Below are positions 57,434 to 64,000 of a stretch of 64,000 nucleotides of DNA, piece after piece (positions within the stretch are counted from its first letter, which is position 1; each line of letters starts with the position of its first letter). Origin of the DNA: Acidobacteriota bacterium. Its GTDB lineage: Bacteria > Acidobacteriota > UBA890 > WLXD01. The DNA is taken from assembly GCA_963666215.2 (NCBI GenBank), contig CAXWPL010000002.1:608001-672000 (forward strand), written 5' to 3'. The notes under the pieces were generated by a model. The model was given only the letters and a program-made list of their open reading frames with translations. It was not told the origin of the DNA and made no database searches. The position numbers were made by a program, and so were the translations under genes.

Positions 57434-57464
57434 GTCCTGAAGGATTCCTCCTGAAAGTCTGAAA
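57434..57464 (-). promoter_or_regulatory. Conserved TTTCAG-repeat element; other copies at 60526..60556 (+) and partial at 56356..56371 (+)
   Basis: Reverse complement tttcagactttcaggaggaatccttcaggac vs tttcaggttttcagaaggtttccttcaggac (26/31), with similarity extending on both sides. Confidence 0.7.
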
Positions 57465-57518
57465 AGAGCCGGAGAGAGCTCGCAGCGACTCGACTAATGG
57501 CCAAGCACACGAGCGCCC

Positions 57519-57622
57519 TCAGCGTCGCGCCCTGCGCAACTCCTCGAGGACACGCTCCGGCTCGACACCGAGCTGCTCGGCTTCGCGGGCCAGGCGCAGG
57601 CCGGCCCGCCGTAACCACTCCC
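57519..57622 (-). pseudogene. GntR C-terminal remnant (copy C)
   Basis: tcctcgagga...ggctcgac...gcttcgcgggccaggcg...ggcccgccgtaacc matches 55973..56048. Confidence 0.75.
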
Positions 57623-57858
57623 AACGGTGGGACCGACACCAGGTCGCAATTCCGACGCGTCGGTGATTCCCTCCGCGTAGACATCGGGCCTAGCTCTCAG
57701 GCTCCGCGCTGTGGCAGGACCCTTCCGCTCAAGGAGCAGATGAAGGGAGCATCAAGCGCGGGAGCGCCTTGCTCGGTAGGCTACGCTTCCGCCGCCCGGT
57801 GTTTCGGAAGACCCGCTGGAGAAAGAAGCCCCGCAGGAGAGACAATCCCTGCCGAGCC

Positions 57859-58188
57859 CTATGCCGAGGAGTCGTCAAACACCTCTAGCAGGAGGCAGAG
57901 GCCCTCTATCTGCTTAATGCTGTGGTCAACGCGGAGGCGGAGCTCCTTCGCGGTGTAGGTGCGGGGTTGGAGAAAGAAGAGCTGGGCCAGCCGTGCGTCT
58001 TTGGGAAAGCGAAACATCCACTCGCCCCGGACCTTCCCGATCTCGCTGATCTCCCCAATCTCGAAAACGCGGAAGTCCCAGCCCTCGTCGAAGAATTTCA
58101 CCTCCATCCCGCGCAAGCGCGGAAAGGCGAATTCAATGATCTTTCGGGCACTCTCGCTGTTGCTCGAGAGGTCCGCGTGTTGCGACAT
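57859..58188 (-). pseudogene. Aminoglycoside-phosphotransferase-like N-terminal fragment
   Basis: FPRL...EGWDFRVFEI...WMFRFPK, then unrelated sequence. No HGD motif. Confidence 0.55.
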
Positions 58189-58241
58189 TCAGATCCACTC
58201 CCCGCTGTAGTGCACTGTTTCCCACAGTGCCAACCGACACC

Positions 58242-59678
58242 CTAGAACGGAGCAAACTGCTCCGTCGTGGGCTCGGCTCAGCAGTACCACGGCTCGGTGA
58301 GGTAGGGGATGGTCGCCGCGCTCGGCAGCGACGGTCGGTCGCGGCGCCCGGCTGCTGCTTGTTCGTCCGCTTGCGCTTCTGAGGACGCGAGCCCGTCGTT
58401 GGCGGCACGAGCCAGGCCTTGGATCTCTTGGAAGAGCTCGCCGCGGCCGGTGTCGGCGCTGCGCTCGGCCACCAGAGTCTCGATATCGCGCTGGAGCTGG
58501 TCGACGCGCGGGTCGGGATGCCGCCAGGGGTAGCCGAACAAGGCCGGGTCTTCATTCCCGACGACTTCCTGGATTTCGGGGAGCTCCAGCAGACGCGAGC
58601 GGCGCGGGATCAGTAGGCGGATCGCGAGCTGAATCGGGGCGACGGCGCCGACGAGATCCAGGTCGACGAGCGCATCGAGTAGCTCGAGGTAGCCGTCGAG
58701 CCTCGTCCAGGGGTGGAATGCCACGAAGGTCGGCTGCAGCGGCAGGTCAGCGGCGCGGCACAGCGTTAGGGCGCGCTCGAAGTCGGCGCGCGTGTGGCCC
58801 TTGTCGAGCAGCTCGAGCACGCGGTCGTCGAGCGACTCGACGGCGCTGGTGACCAGAGCGCAGCCGGTGTTGCGCAGCACCGGTAGCAGGTCGGCGTGCT
58901 GCAGCAGGTGCTCGACCTTCATCGTCGCGTCGTAGGTCAGCCGCGGGAATCGCTCATGCAGGGAGCGGACGATGCGGCGGGCGTGACCGGGGCCGTTCAG
59001 GAAGTCGGGGTCGCCGAAGGTGATGTGGGTGGCGCCGGCGGCTACCTGCTGCTCGATGTCGGCGAGCACGACCTCGGAGTCGACGATGCGGAAGCGGCCG
59101 TTGTAGATCGGCACCACGGGGCAGTGACGACAGCGGTGCTTGCAGCCGCGGCTGGCTTCCGTGGCGCCGACGATGCGCTCCTCTCCGGAGGGCAAACACA
59201 GGCGGGCATAGCTCGAAAGCTCGGGGAGGCCGCTGCGATCGGGGACGCGGAAGCTCAATCGGTCGTGGACGATGCGTGGCGCGCTCTGGATGCTGCCGCG
59301 TTTTCTGGAAAGATCCACCGCAAGCTGCTCGAGCTCGGCTTCGAACTCGCCGCCCACAAGCCAGCTCACTCCGAGCTTGGTGAGCTCCTTGGCCGCGACC
59401 GGCGCGTACAGCCCCCAGGCGCAGAGCTCGGCGGTCGGGTTCAGCTCGCGCACGCGAGCGATCACGGCGGTGGCGATGCGGGTGGCGGTGTGCATCGGCA
59501 GGTAAAACCCGACCAGGTCGGCGCTTCGTACGAGATCGTCGTCGAGCTGCTGCAGCGACAGATCGAGACAGTCAACGCGCACCGGCACACTCGCCTGTCG
59601 CAGCCATGCCGCGGGCGATGCCAGCCCGAACGGCTGGCGTCCGAGCTCGTAGGTAGAGATCAGCAGGACGCGCAGCAT
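58242..59678 (-). CDS. CUAEP-tail B12-binding radical SAM selenoprotein (UGA at 58280..58278 read as Sec)
   Basis: ASRGCKHRCRHCP. The end reads EPWYC-TGA-AEPTTEQFAPF-TAG, with a SECIS-like hairpin after the UGA. Confidence 0.85.
58247..58265 (-). promoter_or_regulatory. Bacterial SECIS-like hairpin
   Basis: acggagca-gtt-tgctccgt, starting 12 nt after the UGA, with GU in the apical loop. Confidence 0.75.
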
Positions 59679-59789
59679 GGCCCGGAAACGTTGTCTCTGT
59701 TGAAGGAACAGCTCATCCCACGGAGTCTGACAGAGTCGGACCCGGTGAATGAGGCAGCCCGTTCCTTGGCGCTAGGCGGCGCTCTGTTT

Positions 59790-59976
59790 CCGCAGCCACC
59801 CATCTCCGGTACTTCCGTTTCGTCGACCAAGCTGTGATCGGTCGAATACGATCGCCGCGCACGGTGAATGGAACCGTCAGATGGCGACCATCATCGGTGA
59901 TTCCGATGAGCCCGAATCGTTGCTCAGTGCCCGAGTGCTGCAGGTTCTTTTTGCGTCGACGCGCAGACGAAGTCAA
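59790..59976 (-). pseudogene. BrnT-like toxin fragment
   Basis: EQRFGLIGITDDGRHLTVPFTVRGDRIRPITAW; the N-terminus is missing. Confidence 0.65.
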
Positions 59977-60029
59977 TCGACTTCGCTAGTGACCTCGATC
60001 GGTAGGTGGCGCGGATCAAGCTCCGCGGA

Positions 60030-60412
60030 CGCCTCCTCGACGAATCGGACTAGCGACGGAAAACCAGGCAAGCTGTCGCAGTTGCGGTGGTCCTTCTCGA
60101 AACCGCGGCCGTCGGCGGGTCCCAGCCTCCCGGCAATCACGGCCTGGAGGGAGCCCCGGCGTTAGTGGTGACCGCACCCGCTCACTTCGCCAGCAGTCGG
60201 TCATCACCCCGTTCGATGGCGAAGCGCTCGGCGCATTTCGTCGAGGACGGTGGCCGGCTCGACAGCGAGCAGCTCCGCTTCGCGGGCCAGGCGCTGGACG
60301 GCCCGCCGTAACCGCTCCCGCTTCTCGCTCTCGGTTAGCCTCCGCGGCCCCTCAGCAATGCGACTCCCACCTCCGCTGCGGGTGACGATCAGACCTTCCT
60401 CCCGCAGCAGGC
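60030..60412. repeat. Degenerate second copy of the junction between the repeat-protein 3' end and gntR 3' half (GntR copy D)
   Basis: tagtggtgaccgcacccgctcacttcgccagcag at 55898 and 60163, with similarity continuing about 250 bp into gntR. Confidence 0.85.
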
Positions 60413-60671
60413 GCTGAGCGCTTCACTATCACGCCGGTTGTCGGCCTTGGCGAGACGCGCTAGTTTCCGGTCAACTCTAGTAAGTCTTGGGTAAGTTTCG
60501 TAGATCAGCGGCACGTCCTGGCTGATTTCAGGTTTTCAGAAGGTTTCCTTCAGGACACTTCGACCGGCCTGAGCGACTCTTCGGACATCATGGATTGCTG
60601 GCTGGCGGTACACCGTGGACCAGCAGGGGACACCTGGAACGAGGAGGTTGTAATGAGCCAACACGGAATCC

Positions 60672-62080
60672 GGGGATGACCCACCGTCCGTTGAACTAAG
60701 GCGACGGTGAAGTGGTTGGGGATTGTTACGCAGTACGGCGCTCCTGCTCAAGGGGAACGTCGACGGCGGTGTTGAGTGCGGCATCGAGCTTGGCGATGTC
60801 GCGGTAGCCACGAACCCTCCGGAACTTGCTCTCGGCCTCGATGAGTGCAGTAACCGCCCATCGAACGATCATGCTCCCGGAGCGCCACCGCTTTACGTTG
60901 CGGCTGACGTGTTTGATCGTCCCGTTCAGGTTCTCGATCGTATTCGTTGAACGTAACGTCCGAAGCAGCGGCCCCTGAACTCGGAGCCGAGTGACGGTGA
61001 GCGTCTCTTGCATTCCTTCTCTGAGCGAGGCCGCTGCACCGGGGTGATCGGTCTCCAGCTCCTTGACCACGGCGTCGAGCTGCTTGGTCGCTGCCGTGGC
61101 CGTCTCCGCCTTCCACGCCTTGCGGATCTTGGCTGCGAACCAGGGCCGGATATGCCCTGGCAGATGCTCCAATACGTTCTTGATCTTGTGGACACGGCAG
61201 CGCTGGATCAGGGCCCACTCGCCGAACGTGTCGCGCACTGCTTTACGGAGGCCCTTGGAGCCATCGATTACCACCAACCGCGCCCGTTCGACGGGCATGC
61301 CGCGCTCGATCAACTGCCGCAGCAGCGACCGGCACACGTGGGAGCTCTCCGTGGTGCCCTCTACGACACCCAGCACATGCTTGACGCCGTCCGCGTCGAT
61401 GCCCATGGCGATCACCAACAAGTGCTTGCCCATGTGCGTGCCGTCGATCACCAGCACCGGCAGGTCCACTTCATTGAGCGGTTGGGCCAGGTACTGCTGC
61501 ACCTGCTTGGCTGTACGCGCTACGAACCGCCGCGACACACTCGAGCGACTCGTTCCCGACGAAGCTCGCCCGTCGTCGAGCCGCTCTAACGAGCGCTCGT
61601 ACTTGCGCGTCGTGACGCCGCACAGGATCTGCTCTACGGCGCGCTCTTCGAGCGGATCTGTTGCCTTGAACCTCTCCCAGTGCGGCAGCGGCAGCTCTTG
61701 GCCATCGACGCTCCGAGCCCGCGGCTTGCGTACCTTGACCCGCCGGCCGCCCATCACCAGCGAGCCCTCGTCGTAGCCGTGTCGGTACGCCCGCCGCTGC
61801 TGTGACCGCGCGTAGCGCTCTCCGCAGAGCTCCGCCCGGTCTTCTTCCAGCAGCGAACCCAACACCCCGAAGCCCGCGTCCATGACCAGCGCTCGTAGAT
61901 CCGATCGCGCCGCTACCACTGCCTCCAGGAGCGGGTTCTCTTGGCGCTCCGCTTTCCTACTTGTCTCTGTTCTGCGACTCTTGCTCATGACGGTGATCCT
62001 CCATGCCAGTGGATTGACCCCGACACACTATCGAGGTCGGATCACCGTCACCCTTTTTCAACGGAGCCTGTGACATCCCC
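60672..62080 (-). mobile_element. IS256-family insertion sequence
   Basis: Imperfect TIRs of about 39 bp (gggatg...tccgttgaa...gacggtga). ATCC(GGG) is repeated at both junctions. Confidence 0.88.
60726..61988 (-). CDS. IS256 (Mutator) transposase
   Basis: GVTTRKY, SSVSRRF, IDG, VIDGSKGL, QRCRVHK, STNTIE. Confidence 0.95.
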   Translation of the reverse strand: MSKSRRTETSRKAERQENPLLEAVVAARSDLRALVMDAGFGVLGSLLEEDRAELCGERYARSQQRRAYRHGYDEGSLVMGGRRVKVRKPRARSVDGQELPLPHWERFKATDPLEERAVEQILCGVTTRKYERSLERLDDGRASSGTSRSSVSRRFVARTAKQVQQYLAQPLNEVDLPVLVIDGTHMGKHLLVIAMGIDADGVKHVLGVVEGTTESSHVCRSLLRQLIERGMPVERARLVVIDGSKGLRKAVRDTFGEWALIQRCRVHKIKNVLEHLPGHIRPWFAAKIRKAWKAETATAATKQLDAVVKELETDHPGAAASLREGMQETLTVTRLRVQGPLLRTLRSTNTIENLNGTIKHVSRNVKRWRSGSMIVRWAVTALIEAESKFRRVRGYRDIAKLDAALNTAVDVPLEQERRTA

Positions 62081-62489
62081 ATCCGGGCTGACCGCGACGT
62101 CGAACGGGCTCTGCCACACTTCGATGGTCTCCAGCATGTTGGCGGCTGGCGGCACTATGCTATGTTTTGTTGTGTTCGCAGCTCGGCCATCTGTAGTAAC
62201 TCGTGGGCAGAAGCGAGCCCATCGCGCGCTGTATTCCCCAAGCCTGACCAGGTCGGGCTCTCGCTCATAAAGCCGGGTCGCGCGCTGCGTGAATCCTAGC
62301 GCCGCCCAGGCAGCCACGCCACGCCCCGGTGAGGAATGCCTCGGCGAGCGGCCCATACCGCCGCTGTCGCATCCAGCCGCGCCTCTCGAGCAGCGGCCGC
62401 ACCCGTCGCATCTGCGCGCAGGGCTGATGAACCCTCATCGAGCTCTGTGCTCGATCTGCAGCTCTCCTCTCGCCTGCTACGATTCCTCC

Positions 62490-62954
62490 ATGCCCAAAGC
62501 AGGCCAGCTAAAAGAGACGCTGTCCCCGAAGATGCTCGCTCGCGCCTATACGGACCTTGGCGACAATCCGAGCGATCCAATACACCATGCTTTCGCCCGC
62601 CTCATCGCCGACGGCCAGGCCGCCTACAAAGCGTATGGCGCCACGCATCCTGCGGCTTCTCGAGCAACGTGCGAATCACAAGGCGCCGTCTGGACTGCTC
62701 ACCCGAAAATCAGAGCCCTCATAGCTCTTCATGGCACCGGTAGCCGCAACTTGCTCTTGGCAATGGCCCCTGAAGCAGTCAAGACCGTCTTTGAGCTCAT
62801 GACCAACGGCGAGTCTGAGAGAGTCAGGCTCCAAGCTGCCGACTCCATCCTCGACCGTGGTGGCGCCCCTCGTACCAAAGAGCTGGCAGTCTCTCGCGCT
62901 CAGGAGATGTGGGATGACTCCGACGCCCTAGTCATCGATATCACCTCAGAGTGA
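62490..62954 (+). CDS. Phage terminase small-subunit-like protein
   Basis: HTH-like FARLIADG..AYKAY...HPKIRA and ESERVRLQAADSILDRGG. Confidence 0.55.
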   Translation: MPKAGQLKETLSPKMLARAYTDLGDNPSDPIHHAFARLIADGQAAYKAYGATHPAASRATCESQGAVWTAHPKIRALIALHGTGSRNLLLAMAPEAVKTVFELMTNGESERVRLQAADSILDRGGAPRTKELAVSRAQEMWDDSDALVIDITSE

Positions 62955-63195
62955 GCAGGGGCCGGCCGACTTCCTAGTGCGCTACCGCCGCTACACGGGC
63001 CTCTGACGGCTCTCTCTCAGACACGGGCCACACACACGCGCCCGTCAGTCAGTCTCCGGAGACAGCGGCGACCAGGCTCGTACCGCACATGACTCCTCCA
63101 GGCGAGCACACGCACCCATCTTGAAGGGGGTATGGGGCCGTCAGGAGTGCCGCCGGGCAGAAGGAATATTGCCGCATACAGCCCGTAGGCGAATC

Positions 63196-64000
63196 TCAGG
63201 AATCTGCTGAGGCTGCCAAGCGAGCCAGAATCCCCATGATGGGCTGACCTGCCCGCAAGGCCCCTCGATGGCCATGAGCCTCGGGGCCATCGGGGTCTAT
63301 GCCTTCCTCGAGAAGTGCTGTCTCGAGCAGCTCTCTACGGGACTCCTCCCGGGCCTTCCGGCGTCTTCTGGACTCCTGGAAGCACCCTCGCTCCTGCCGA
63401 CCAGCGTAGTCACCCTTACGCCTGCACTCCTTTGAGCAGTATCGACGCCGTTTGGCGTTCACGCTCCGGATGAGGCGTTCCTCAATGGTCACGTCGCCGC
63501 AAAACTCGCATCGAAGAAGTTGCTTCCCGAGGTTGAAGACAGAATCGATGAGACGGAACAGCCCGAATCCAGATCCGTCGATGATTAACGAGTTCAGCTC
63601 GTCCGCGAGAATTCCCGCCCGCTTCGGATGTGATTCCCGGATCGAATCGTAGCGTCGGACTGCCTCGGCTTGTTGCTCGGCGTACCAGCCCATGTACCGG
63701 AGCTGTTGGTCCGGCGACCTCTCTCTCCATGTGGAGGCCCAAGGCGGAGGCAGGCAGTTCCGGTTCTCGGATGTTGCGATCAAGTGGTCGAAGAGGGTCG
63801 TGACGTCGGCGTGTAGAGCTTCCACCTCCGCGGGCGTCGCGACGTGAGCGGCGAGGAACTTGGGTCTGGTGCGGGAACCCTCTCTGCCAACGTGGGGTGA
63901 GACGATGGAGGTTGGATAATTACTGAGGAAGAGGGCGAGGTCGGAGACACAAGAATGTCGGAGTTGAGCAACAACGGTGCAGGAGACCACGAGGCCACCG
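63196..64000 (-). CDS. Hypothetical protein with a CGNR-like zinc finger (5' end possibly outside the window)
   Basis: CEFCG...RRRYCSKECR. Confidence 0.55.
   Translation of the reverse strand, partial: GGLVVSCTVVAQLRHSCVSDLALFLSNYPTSIVSPHVGREGSRTRPKFLAAHVATPAEVEALHADVTTLFDHLIATSENRNCLPPPWASTWRERSPDQQLRYMGWYAEQQAEAVRRYDSIRESHPKRAGILADELNSLIIDGSGFGLFRLIDSVFNLGKQLLRCEFCGDVTIEERLIRSVNAKRRRYCSKECRRKGDYAGRQERGCFQESRRRRKAREESRRELLETALLEEGIDPDGPEAHGHRGALRAGQPIMGILARLAASADS

Larger units (their letters stand above)
52632..64000. mobile_element. Genomic island / integrative element starting at tRNA-Leu (right end outside the window)
   Basis: Broken tRNA, CCTACCCA repeats, and a shift to accessory genes, fragments, IS256 and a TerS-like gene. 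No integrase in the window. Confidence 0.65.

Noticed and set aside
57859-58188. Functional aminoglycoside resistance gene
   Set aside because: Only an N-terminal kinase-like fragment is present, and the catalytic motifs are absent.
53000-60500. Integron cassette array
   Set aside because: No intI and no attC-like RYYYAAC...GTTRRRY palindromes were found between the genes.

Overview
GC-rich window from a diderm bacterium. The PadR+ADOP permease, FecR/DUF6600 protein and TolC suggest Acidobacteriota, but this is inference. Positions 1-52.6 kb are mostly housekeeping and metabolic genes: a rarA fragment, a GAF-GAF-PP2C phosphatase, an nth / lexA-like / clpB / dnaJ / lon run, trmI-ttuB-ttuA, moeA, queG, an S1/P1 nuclease, IS481, glnA, an hcrCAB-like aromatic-CoA cluster, dgt, alsT, trpS, an Aas-like fusion, TolC and an asparaginase. 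At 52.6 kb a tRNA-Leu(UAA) stops right after its anticodon loop, and an accessory island runs to the window end. The island carries an HNH protein, a poly-G membrane protein, an 18-aa-repeat surface protein, four GntR copies in different states of decay, a UGA/SECIS radical SAM selenoprotein, a BrnT fragment, IS256 and a TerS-like gene. Main observations: (1) an apparently non-cleavable LexA paralogue, translationally coupled to clpB-dnaJ(-lon), behind a 26-bp palindrome with a GAAC-N4-GTTC box overlapping a perfect TATAAT; (2) a repeated module of GntR, conserved promoter element and variable exported protein in the island; (3) two candidate sRNAs flanking trpS. Frequent frameshifts, self-insertions and deletions suggest an error-prone consensus or genome decay, so pseudogene calls are provisional.
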